Shown here: in pieces, positions 9,689 through 18,913 of the stretch
How the letters are laid out: each line of letters opens with the position of its first letter
Position numbering within the stretch: the first letter of the stretch is position 1
Origin: Thermodesulfobacteriota bacterium
GTDB taxonomy: Bacteria > Desulfobacterota > Desulfarculia > JACQYL01
Length of the DNA stretch: 64,000 bases
Reading direction: 5' to 3'
Assembly (NCBI GenBank): GCA_963675595.2
Contig: CAXXLZ010000003.1
Location: 160,001-224,000 of the forward strand
Notes under the pieces: model-generated
Told to the model about the DNA's origin: nothing
What the model saw: the letters and a program-made list of their open reading frames with translations, nothing else
Database searches by the model: none
Position numbers and translations under genes: made by a program

Positions 9689-10343
9689 GACAATCTTTCC
9701 TCCTTCCGCTCTGTTACGCCTGCAACATGAGAGTTAACCGTTCTCCAATCCGCAAGGTCGTATTTCGAGATGAAAATCCTCAAGAGCTTGATTCGTATGC
9801 ATTCAGGGGGGGACTTTCGACAAAGTCTTCCCGTACCCCCATCCTAAGCTCCTCAAACGGGCCCCGCCGCCTTAAGCGGAGAGGCCACGATCCCCTCATC
9901 TCATGAATCGGCAAAGGGATTCCCCGTGAACAGGTACCCTGATTCACCTTTCGCGGGCCCTTTCTTTCTCTCTCAACCGCATTCAACCCAAGATTTTCCC
10001 AGCTTCACTCCGCTCCTTGGAGAGTCGCATTCGTTCTCTTAGGCAGCGTCGTACGGATGGTGCACGAATCATGCCTCCTACGCGAAAACGTAACCACCTC
10101 GGGTCGGGAAGCAAACGGCCGGAAGATGGAACGATTCCGGTGGGTTCTCTCCGAGACGAGTTCGGTAATACGCGGGTTTCGAGAACGACGCCCCTGGATG
10201 CGCGACTCGAGGCTCCGTCTCCCTTTCCAAGCTGTAAAGAAAGTTGGCAGGGGAAACGAGACGCCGAAATCGGATGGCTGCCGGGCTTATCAAAAAAAGT
10301 GAATCAATTAAGCTGGTTACCTTATCGACGGCACGTTTGATCG

Positions 10344-10358
10344 TGGCATGCTTCTTGT
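10344..10358 (+). promoter_or_regulatory. Possible sigma-54 promoter (variant -12)
   Basis: TGGCAT-GCTTC-TTGT, correct -24/-12 spacing but GT instead of GC. Confidence 0.35.
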
Positions 10359-10481
10359 ACTGTTCCTTGCTCGGCGAGGGATTCGAAGGTACGGCGAACG
10401 GCAACACCTATTAGATATTCAATAAAAGCCATCGGTGAATAGATAATTCAGGCGACAAAATCGGATATCAAGGACTTATAT

Positions 10482-12164
10482 ATGAGTGATAACAAATACT
10501 CGTTTCTTAGAAGGAAGTTGTTGGCAAGCATGCTGATTGTGCCGGCTATTCCTTTCTTAATAGTTATTATAATCGGCTACTATTATTACACGGGATCATT
10601 GGAGTCTGAATTTATTTCCAAGATAGATAGAATGGTTGATGACCACGGAAATCTAATAGAGTCCTTTATTAAGGAAAGAAAATCGGATCTTGTGATGATA
10701 TCAGAGCTTTATAGCTACGATGATATCATAGCAAAAGGTAAGATCGACTTCATATTTGATTCTCTTATAGAGAAATCCGATGCGTTTACCGATATCGGCG
10801 TCTTCAATGAAGCCGGTGTGCACGTCGCATACCATGGACCGTATGAGCTTGTGGGGAAAAAATACAATGAAGCGGCCTGGTTCAAGTCCGTGATGGAGAA
10901 GGGCTTCTACATCAGCGACGTCTTTCTGGGATACCGGGAGATTCCTCACTTGGTCGTGGCCGTTTTGAAACGGGAGCCCCACAAAAACTGGGTGATCCGA
11001 GCCACCATCGACAGTTCCGTATTCAGTCGGGTGGTGGAACAAATCCAGTTCGGTAAGACCGGTGAGGCCTACATTCTGAACCGTGAGGGCCTCTTTCAGA
11101 CCCAGCGTCGATCCGGCGGCGGACTTATGGAGCCGGACCCGGACTTTGAGACGGCACCCGCCGTTCATGAAGGAGTCCGGGTATTCGTGTCTGAGGCGCT
11201 CGACGGGACCGAGTATTTCTATGCCACCAGTTGGCTCGAGAACAACCAGTGGATGCTGGTGGCCCGGCAGGAAAAGGCGGAAGCCTACAGAGACCTTCAG
11301 AGAGTGGTGTATCTGGTGCTGCTGATCGCTCTGTTGGGCGGGGGACTGATTACCGGCATGGCTTTTTATGTGACCCATATGATCGTGGGAAGGCTGGACC
11401 TGCTGGACTCCGAGAAAAGTGAGTTGGGTCAACAGCTTGTGCGCGCCGGTCGTCTGGCTGAAATCGGAGAAATGTCCTCGGGATTCGCGCACGAAATCAA
11501 CAACCCTCTTCAGATTATCCGAGCGGAACAAACCTTGGTGGAGGCGATCCTGGGGGATTTGCGGGAAAGCGGTCAACTGAAGGAATCGGAAGACACTCGC
11601 CAGATTCAGGATTCTCTGGACCAAATCAAGATACAGATCGCACGATGTGCCGAGATAACTCAGGGTATTCTGAAATTCGCTCGGAAGAAGGAGGTTTCGG
11701 AAACCGCCGAGGTCGACCTGCCCTCCTTCCTGCCGGAACTCATCGGGTTGGTGAAGAGAAAAGCCAACGTGGAAGGAATCACCATCGAGCAGCAAATCCC
11801 CAAAGACCTTCCCCATCTCAAAGCGGACCCCGCCCAGTTACAGCAGGTCATCGTCAATCTTCTCAACAACGCCATTGATGCCATTGTGGAGAAACACGGC
11901 GCTCGGGGAGGGAACATCAACATTGAGGTCGGCCGGGAAGATGGATCGATTTGCATTGAAGTACGAGACGACGGTCCGGGAATCCGGAAAGAGAATTTGG
12001 AGAAAATATTTACGCCCTTTTTCACGACCAAACCCGTGGGTAAGGGAACGGGCCTGGGTTTGTCCATCTGCTATGGGATCATCACCAAGATGGACGGCAA
12101 CATGGAGGTGTTCAGCGAGGAAGGGCAGGGCACCCGATTTCGGATTCATCTGCCTGTCGCTTAG
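10482..12164 (+). CDS. Membrane sensor histidine kinase with Cache domain (NtrB-like)
   Basis: Two TM segments, Cache-like periplasmic part, H-box AHEINNPL, N box, FFTTK, GTGLGL. Confidence 0.93.
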   Translation: MSDNKYSFLRRKLLASMLIVPAIPFLIVIIIGYYYYTGSLESEFISKIDRMVDDHGNLIESFIKERKSDLVMISELYSYDDIIAKGKIDFIFDSLIEKSDAFTDIGVFNEAGVHVAYHGPYELVGKKYNEAAWFKSVMEKGFYISDVFLGYREIPHLVVAVLKREPHKNWVIRATIDSSVFSRVVEQIQFGKTGEAYILNREGLFQTQRRSGGGLMEPDPDFETAPAVHEGVRVFVSEALDGTEYFYATSWLENNQWMLVARQEKAEAYRDLQRVVYLVLLIALLGGGLITGMAFYVTHMIVGRLDLLDSEKSELGQQLVRAGRLAEIGEMSSGFAHEINNPLQIIRAEQTLVEAILGDLRESGQLKESEDTRQIQDSLDQIKIQIARCAEITQGILKFARKKEVSETAEVDLPSFLPELIGLVKRKANVEGITIEQQIPKDLPHLKADPAQLQQVIVNLLNNAIDAIVEKHGARGGNINIEVGREDGSICIEVRDDGPGIRKENLEKIFTPFFTTKPVGKGTGLGLSICYGIITKMDGNMEVFSEEGQGTRFRIHLPVA

Positions 12165-12257
12165 TTCGGAGCGGGAGATGTACGGTTCAAGCAACTGTCT
12201 AGAGAATGCAGGCGATGCAGCATGACAAGTAAACCCTTAGGGGAGGAGGTTCTAAGG

Positions 12258-12710
12258 ATGAATATCAAAATGATGTTGGTGGACGACGAAGAGCGATTTC
12301 TTGAGACGACCAAGAAACTTCTTGAGAGAAAAGGATATGAAGTAATAACCGCATCCAGCGGTATACAGGCCATGGAAAATTTGAAGGCCGGAAGCGTTCA
12401 TGTTGTCATATTGGATGTAAAAATGCCTGGTATGGACGGAGTCGACACACTGAAGGAGATCAAGAGACTCTATCCTCTTGTGGAAGTCATCATGCTTACC
12501 GGGCATGCGACGGTGGAGTCGGCAATAGACGGTCTGAAGTCAGGCGCTTATGACTATCTTATGAAACCTACCGACATTGATGATCTGGTGACAAAGACGG
12601 AGGAAGCCTTCAAAAAACGACAGCAACATGAGGAAAAAATACGATTAGCACAGTCGAGAACCTATATGAAGTCTCCTAGAGAGATAATCAAACAGGCGGA
12701 AGAGGCTTGA
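12258..12710 (+). CDS. Single-domain response regulator
   Basis: VDDE, LDVKMPGMDG, LTGH, KP. Confidence 0.92.
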   Translation: MNIKMMLVDDEERFLETTKKLLERKGYEVITASSGIQAMENLKAGSVHVVILDVKMPGMDGVDTLKEIKRLYPLVEVIMLTGHATVESAIDGLKSGAYDYLMKPTDIDDLVTKTEEAFKKRQQHEEKIRLAQSRTYMKSPREIIKQAEEA

Positions 12711-12760
12711 GTTTTATGTGCAATAAGGGCGGTGAATCTCACTGAGTCAGGGGATGCGTT

Positions 12761-13663
12761 ATGGAAAAAACGAAATTACTCATGGTCGATGATGAGAAGC
12801 AATTCCGTGAAACGACTTCCAAGGTGCTGACAAGACGAGGGTTTGACGTAACCGTCGCGGGAACCGGCGAAGAGGCCATAGAAAAGGTCAAACAGGGCAA
12901 ATTCGATGTCGTTGTCCTGGATATCAGGATGCCCGGGATGGATGGTCACGAAGCGTTGGAGAAAATCAAAAAGATCGACCCCAAAGCCCAAGTCATCATG
13001 CTTACCGGCCACGGAGGTATCGAATCCGCCAAGGAATCCCTGTCACACGGTGCTTTCGATTATCTGAGCAAACCGTGCGACATCGATCTGCTGGCGTCCA
13101 AGATCAACGATGCGGCATCGATTTCACACAAGGGAAAGCGGGAAGAGAAGAGAGCCAAAGACATCATGATCCCCATCGAGGATTACACGACCATCGGACC
13201 GGACAGCTCCGTGCGAGACGGAATCGAGGAATTGAGAAAATCGTTCGAAAGCACTCAGTCCACCAGTCGCCTTATGATCACGGGGCATCGATCCATTCTG
13301 GTCATGGGTCCCCAAGGGGAACTGACGGGAATCTTGAGCATTCTGGACCTCATTGAGGGGTTGCGGCCGGCATACCTTTCCGCGCCCAAGCCCTCGATGG
13401 CGGATGCCATGCAGTATTCGGCCATGTTCTGGGCGGGTTTGTTTTCCAAGCAGGCCAAGGATCTGGCCAAAAAGAAGGTGCGGGACGTCATGTCCCCTCC
13501 TCCTCCCACCATCGGAGAAGAAACAAATCTCATGGAGATCGCCAACCTGCTGTTCACGGAGCAAAGCAGGCGATTGGTGGTCATGCGCGGGAAGAAGGTG
13601 TTGGGAGTCGTGAGGGAGCAGGAAATCTTCTTCGAGGCGGCCCACATCATTTTGGGGGATTGA
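12761..13663 (+). CDS. Response regulator: receiver + CBS domain pair
   Basis: REC motifs followed by two CBS repeats (AKDIMIP..., VRDVMSP...LVV..GVV). Confidence 0.88.
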   Translation: MEKTKLLMVDDEKQFRETTSKVLTRRGFDVTVAGTGEEAIEKVKQGKFDVVVLDIRMPGMDGHEALEKIKKIDPKAQVIMLTGHGGIESAKESLSHGAFDYLSKPCDIDLLASKINDAASISHKGKREEKRAKDIMIPIEDYTTIGPDSSVRDGIEELRKSFESTQSTSRLMITGHRSILVMGPQGELTGILSILDLIEGLRPAYLSAPKPSMADAMQYSAMFWAGLFSKQAKDLAKKKVRDVMSPPPPTIGEETNLMEIANLLFTEQSRRLVVMRGKKVLGVVREQEIFFEAAHIILGD

Positions 13664-13741
13664 CGGATGCCTCGCTGAATGCGGCACGGAACCGTTTCCG
13701 CCCAATGCGGATCCGTCCATCAAGCGGGAAAAGGAGAGCAC

Positions 13742-15592
13742 ATGGCAGCGGCAACTCAAAAAAAAGCTACGGCTTATGACAAATATATAGACTGGAAAAA
13801 GTTCATCATCCCCGTGGTCGTCTTCGCTTTGATCCTCATCTTGCCTACCCCCTACAGCATGAAGGATGTGGGCGTCGAGTACAAGGTGGGACCTCGGGCG
13901 GTTCTCGATTACCTCAACATGGAGCTTTTCGGGGCCAAGACCTCGGACGTCGAGCAGTGGCAGTTAATGACCGCTCAGGTGATTGAAAATAACATGAACA
14001 TGGGCGCTCTGGCGAAAAAGCAGTTCATGAAAGTGAACATGAAGTACGTCAAGAAATACAAGATCTCGGGGGACGCCGAAAACCTGGAGAGGGCGAAAAG
14101 CTTCGTTGGAGGGCTGACCGACGAACGCTTCCTCGAAGTCTCCGGCCGAGCGCTTGAAGTTCGGAAGACGGACCTCAAATATGAAGACTTGAGCCCGTCG
14201 GAAAAGAAGGACGCCGACAAGGGGGCCTGGCACATCAAGGTGGCCATCGCCATGACGGCCTTCGTGGTGATCTGCTTCGTCACCGAATGTATTCCACTCC
14301 CCATCGTGGCTTTCTGTATCGGCCTGATTCTAGTGTTTACCGGTGTGGTCGGTAGGACCGAGGTCGCCTCCCTCTACTGGAGCGACGCTTGTTGGTTTAT
14401 CATGGGCAGCCTGATGTTCGCCGCGGCTTTCGTCAAGACCGGGGTGGACAAACGGGTCTGCCTCATGATGTTCAGCAAGCTGGCCACACCCAACGTGCGA
14501 TGGATCACCCTGGGGTTCTTCCTCGTGATCACGCCGTTGGCGGCTTTCATTTCGGACCATGCCTTGGCCGCCATGTTCCTTCCCATCGGCATGCTCCTGT
14601 ACCAGAACTCCCTCACGGATGAGATCCAGGAAGACCCCGAGTTGGCCAAAATGTTGATGATCAGCATTGCCATGGCGTGCAACATCGGGGGACCGGGCGC
14701 TCCTTCGGGCGGCGCCCGCAACGTGATCATGATGACCTATCTGAACGACATGTTCGGTATGGATATCGGGTATTTTCAGTGGATTACCTACTGTATGCCC
14801 TTTCTCATCGTCATGATCCCCTTGACCTGGTTCATGGTGAACTGGCGTTTCAAACCGCGGATTCACAGTCTGGCTCCGGCCATGGATCGCCTCCGTGAGG
14901 AGATCGGGCACATGGGGGGCTGGAACCGGCAGCAGATTTGGGCGCTCATCATCTTCGTGGTCATGGTGTTCGGGTGGTTCACTGAAAAGACGTTCTACAC
15001 GGCCGGCATTATTCCCATCCGATTGGGTATCGGCGTGATCGCCGTGGCCGGAGCGGTGGCTTACATTCTGGCCGGTGTGGTGAACTGGAGGGATTATCAC
15101 GAAAAGGTGGATTGGGGTGTGGTCTGGTTGTACGCAGGTGCCATCATTTTCGGCAGGGTGCTTGACGAAACCGGCGGGGCCTACTGGTTGGCCCGGAGCA
15201 TCGTGGAATTGCTCGCTCCCCTGGGAATGGATTCCGGGCTTCCCTTGATGGTCACATCCAACGCCGTGACGGCTCTCATGACCAACCTCATGGCGGATGG
15301 TCCGGCCGCGGCCGCCGTGGGACCGGTTGCCCTGAACATGGCGGGGCTGGCACATCCCGGCAGCACCTTCCTGCCGTTCATGGCCATGTCCACGGCGATC
15401 ACCTCGTCTTTCGCCTACTGTCTGATCATCGGGACGCCTCCCAATGCCATCGTCTACGCCAGCGGGTACCTCGGGCCCAAAGACTTCCTGAGGGTCGGCG
15501 TAATTCTTTGGGTGTTGGCTCAGATCGTAGTGATGATACTGACACAGTTCTACTGGGTGTTCAGAGGTTTCGGCTCCTTGGTGGGGTTCTGA
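13742..15592 (+). CDS. SLC13/DASS family anion:sodium symporter
   Basis: Many TM segments; ECIPLP, SDHA, PSGGARN, GTPPNAIVY motifs. Confidence 0.9.
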   Translation: MAAATQKKATAYDKYIDWKKFIIPVVVFALILILPTPYSMKDVGVEYKVGPRAVLDYLNMELFGAKTSDVEQWQLMTAQVIENNMNMGALAKKQFMKVNMKYVKKYKISGDAENLERAKSFVGGLTDERFLEVSGRALEVRKTDLKYEDLSPSEKKDADKGAWHIKVAIAMTAFVVICFVTECIPLPIVAFCIGLILVFTGVVGRTEVASLYWSDACWFIMGSLMFAAAFVKTGVDKRVCLMMFSKLATPNVRWITLGFFLVITPLAAFISDHALAAMFLPIGMLLYQNSLTDEIQEDPELAKMLMISIAMACNIGGPGAPSGGARNVIMMTYLNDMFGMDIGYFQWITYCMPFLIVMIPLTWFMVNWRFKPRIHSLAPAMDRLREEIGHMGGWNRQQIWALIIFVVMVFGWFTEKTFYTAGIIPIRLGIGVIAVAGAVAYILAGVVNWRDYHEKVDWGVVWLYAGAIIFGRVLDETGGAYWLARSIVELLAPLGMDSGLPLMVTSNAVTALMTNLMADGPAAAAVGPVALNMAGLAHPGSTFLPFMAMSTAITSSFAYCLIIGTPPNAIVYASGYLGPKDFLRVGVILWVLAQIVVMILTQFYWVFRGFGSLVGF

Positions 15593-15715
15593 TCGCTTGT
15601 CGGCAACAATGTCTCCAATATCAATCGTCCCTTTGATGGACTCCATCGAAGGGACGATTCAAACACCGGCCCACTCTTGCTGAGAGAACAAGCGGTGCAG
15701 GAAGAAGGTGGCTAC

Positions 15716-15904
15716 ATGGAAGCTCCGACGGTTTTGGAAACAGGCGAAGATGGAAGCAATACGGAAACGGACCGAGGGAGATTCAAGCTTTCCGAAGGGA
15801 AGATTTGGTTCAGCAAACGTACCGAACGAACGGTGTTCTGTGTTCTCACGGTATTGATGCTTGTGTGGGGACTGCTCGTCCGTTTGGGAGCTGTTGCCGG
15901 ATGA
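15716..15904 (+). CDS. Small single-TM membrane protein
   Basis: SD plus ATG; 'KIWFSKRTERTVFCVLTVLMLVWGLL'. Confidence 0.6.
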   Translation: MEAPTVLETGEDGSNTETDRGRFKLSEGKIWFSKRTERTVFCVLTVLMLVWGLLVRLGAVAG

Positions 15905-15933
15905 CGGCACACTAGATTCGAATAAAGGAACAC

Positions 15934-16476
15934 ATGGAGATGGAAACGACTGCGACCTCCGAGATCGACGAAAGTCCGGGACTCGGACTGTACTATAGGC
16001 TGCTCGTAGGGCTGGTGAGACGCCCGACGGACTTCTTTCTGCAAATGGAGAGCGGGATAAAGATTCCCCTATTCTTTTTGGGAATTTCGAGCCTGATCTA
16101 TTCTTCGGCGGGGCTTACATTGGTTTCCGGCGGGAAAGCGACGATGTTTCTCATCCTCTTATTGAACTGCTGGCTCCTTCCGCTGGTGTCGGCGGTGATA
16201 TCACTCGTCTCCGTGCGTTGCCTGAGCGTTGAGAACATCTCCTTCTCACGAGTGCTGGCAATACATGCTTTTTCCACCGGAGCCGTATTGCCGGTCTCTT
16301 GGCTTCCGGGACTGATTTGGTTCACGGAACCCGCCAAATGGGTGCTCGTATGGAAAGGGCTCGTGCATTCGTGCGGGCTCTCAAAAATACAAGCGGCCTT
16401 GGTCGTGGGTTTGTGCCTTGGTTTTTTGATATTCGCCTATCGTATCTGTGCCGGTCTCCTCTTATCGGGGAGTTGA
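15934..16476 (+). CDS. Yip1-like membrane protein
   Basis: 'LVRRPTDFF' N-terminal motif and about 5 TM segments. Confidence 0.7.
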   Translation: MEMETTATSEIDESPGLGLYYRLLVGLVRRPTDFFLQMESGIKIPLFFLGISSLIYSSAGLTLVSGGKATMFLILLLNCWLLPLVSAVISLVSVRCLSVENISFSRVLAIHAFSTGAVLPVSWLPGLIWFTEPAKWVLVWKGLVHSCGLSKIQAALVVGLCLGFLIFAYRICAGLLLSGS

Positions 16477-16744
16477 TCGCATCAGCAGACGACTCGCCGG
16501 AGCAATACGGAGAAGCCGGGAGCGGTGACGACGTTCGGTTGGTGAGGAGAATCGGCGGATATCGTTCTTTTCTTGGCTGCTTGAATAAACAATATTTTGT
16601 ATGTTACATAAAACAATCCAAACCGTTCCACAGTGCGCCTTACGCTGCGGGACCGAAGGCTTCAACGTTCAGGCGGATTGCGGGTTTGGGGGGTGGCCGG
16701 AATCACTTTCCGGCGGATGAGGGGACCCTGAAGGAGGAAAGGCT

Positions 16745-17563
16745 ATGGTCAAACGGCACGGGTTGTTCGTGATCTTCTTTCTGATTGTCGCTTCGGTGTC
16801 TTTGTGTGTGCACGCCGAACAGGCTCAAGAAGACCAAATCCTCAAGTACAGTTGTTCACATCAAGTGTTCGCCGCGTTTGAAAACGAGCGCTTGAACGCA
16901 TTCACGGCCAAGACGGGAATCCGTGTGGATCTCCGTGTCATGAGTTCCTTCGAAGCGGTTCGGGCTTTGGACGACGGTTGGAGCGACATTGCGAGCACCG
17001 CGAAACGCCTGAGCCTTCGGATGATCAGAAAAGGATATGTCGAGACTCCTTTCTGCAAAGATCCCACGGCCATTGTGGTTCATCCCAAAGTTCGAGTGAC
17101 GGATTTGACGGATGAGCAGCTCCGCGAAATTTTCCAGGGCGCCGTCGAGAACTGGAATGAGGTGGGAGGGGAGAACGAGCCCATCGTCGTGATCAGTCCC
17201 GACAAGGAGACTGCGGCCTACAGGAACTTCGTTCGAGAGGTCATGGAGGGAGAGGATATCCGATACGATTTCATGGGTGCCGGCTCCCAATCCGTGATCA
17301 GTGCTTTGAGGAGGTTTCCCTGGTCCATTTCATTCCTGAGCCAGGGGTCTGCAAGAGCCAACCGGCAGGGGCTGAAACTCCTCAAGGTGAATGGATTGGT
17401 CCCCACGGACCACATTTATCCATATTATCAGATATACTCGTTTGTGACTCACGGCAAACCCAAGGGGGCTGCGGAGCGGTTCATTGATTTCGCCGTTTCG
17501 GATGAAGGGGTCAAGATCATGAAGGAACGAGGCATGATTCTTCATAGGGCCCCATCTCACTAA
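16745..17563 (+). CDS. PstS-like periplasmic substrate-binding protein (divergent)
   Basis: Signal peptide; DIASTAKRL, IVVHP, LREIFQGAVENWNEVGG; phosphate-binding GS motifs altered. Confidence 0.8.
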   Translation: MVKRHGLFVIFFLIVASVSLCVHAEQAQEDQILKYSCSHQVFAAFENERLNAFTAKTGIRVDLRVMSSFEAVRALDDGWSDIASTAKRLSLRMIRKGYVETPFCKDPTAIVVHPKVRVTDLTDEQLREIFQGAVENWNEVGGENEPIVVISPDKETAAYRNFVREVMEGEDIRYDFMGAGSQSVISALRRFPWSISFLSQGSARANRQGLKLLKVNGLVPTDHIYPYYQIYSFVTHGKPKGAAERFIDFAVSDEGVKIMKERGMILHRAPSH

Positions 17564-17611
17564 AATTGCGGGAGACTGTGCGCTGTGCGGTGAAAGCGTT
17601 GGCAGAGAGGG

Positions 17612-18547
17612 TCAGGAGCGCGATGACTGAGACTCGTTGAATGCGTCGACGACCCACCGAACCGCACGAACCAAGGCCCGCAGGTCTTGATTCCGATGCT
17701 CCACCAAATAGGAATGGCCCGTGTTTCCAAGCCGGAATATTCGGGCCTGTTTCATCTCCGCCGCCAGATAGGTTACGGTGGACATCGGAAAGGCCCTGTC
17801 TTTAACTCCCCACACCAGAGCCGTGGGCGCTTTGATTTCCAAGGCCTTCCTGCCAATCCAGTCTTCAGGTTTCAAGGACTCGAGGAACGGATGAAACACG
17901 CCGACTTTCGCTAGTTCGAGGATCGAGAGCGCCAGGACGTCCGGAATCGGGATCGGATGAGATAGGATCGTCTGGTTGATCAGCCTGCGGACGTCTTGAG
18001 GGCTGTGTACCAGGAATCGATTCCTGAGCCCTTCCAGCTCTTCAAACGAGATATCCGCTCCAAGGCCTCCGGCCCCGGCCAAAACCAGCCCTCCAACACG
18101 TTCAGGGTTGTCCAAAGCGTACTTGACCGCGATCCAGCCCCCCAGAGAAACGCCCACGAGAATGCATCGAAACCCGCCCAGATGGTCTTGCAGCGTCCGG
18201 ACCTGATCCAGGAAGGGCTCAAAAGGGAGTCCCGACAGCCTGTTGGTGTGCGCCGCGCTTCTCCCGAAACCGAGCAGTTCCAGCGCCGTGATCTTGAAAC
18301 TTCCGCGCAGGCTGCTCATGAGAGGATGCCGGTATTCCGGATACAATCCGAGGCCGTGAATCAAAACCAAAGGAGGACGTGCACCATCTCTGCCTCCTTC
18401 ATAATAACCGAATTCACCGAAAGCGCCCGAAAGGGACTTTCTTGTGAATCCGAGTCGACGGAGCTTGAGCTCCAAGGTCAGCAGATAAGCTGCGAAGCAG
18501 AGCCGCGCCGGGAAGCCGAGGATGCGCCAGAAGGAAGAGATATCCAC
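17612..18547 (-). CDS. Alpha/beta hydrolase (lipase/esterase-like)
   Basis: LIHGLG, GVSLGG, WGVKD, GH. Confidence 0.85.
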   Translation of the reverse strand: MDISSFWRILGFPARLCFAAYLLTLELKLRRLGFTRKSLSGAFGEFGYYEGGRDGARPPLVLIHGLGLYPEYRHPLMSSLRGSFKITALELLGFGRSAAHTNRLSGLPFEPFLDQVRTLQDHLGGFRCILVGVSLGGWIAVKYALDNPERVGGLVLAGAGGLGADISFEELEGLRNRFLVHSPQDVRRLINQTILSHPIPIPDVLALSILELAKVGVFHPFLESLKPEDWIGRKALEIKAPTALVWGVKDRAFPMSTVTYLAAEMKQARIFRLGNTGHSYLVEHRNQDLRALVRAVRWVVDAFNESQSSRS

Positions 18548-18913
18548 GGGCCGTCTCTCAAAGGATGAGGGCGAAACGCTCCGGGAGGTCGACCGCTTTG
18601 ACGAGAACTCCGAATTGGACTCCTCGTCTGTTGCCGCTTCCGAGCTGATGAGAGGGATTGTCGAGATACACCATAGAATGAAATGCGCTTTCGGGTCTAT
18701 TGTGTGTCACTTCGTTTCATGGAAGAAGCGCTTTGTCGGGGAATGGAGGCGCACCCTTCCCATAGGGTGACCGGACACATCGCCTTAACGATGCGGTGTT
18801 CGCTGCAAAACCCTAAATTCGAACGGCCCGGAGCGGGCGAGAGAAGCGGGAAAAGAGGCATTTGCGACTACGTGCGGGGCGTGCCGGACGAAACGGTAGG
18901 AGTACGCCGTCTT

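Noticed and set aside
9700-10050. Cobalamin riboswitch upstream of the adenosyltransferase
   Set aside because: No B12-box or GCCACTG/GGGAAG core found on the minus strand
14330-15646. 438-aa antisense ORF opposite the DASS gene, and similar ORFs at 10701, 47804 and 62347
   Set aside because: Shadow ORFs of GC-rich genes with no recognisable motifs
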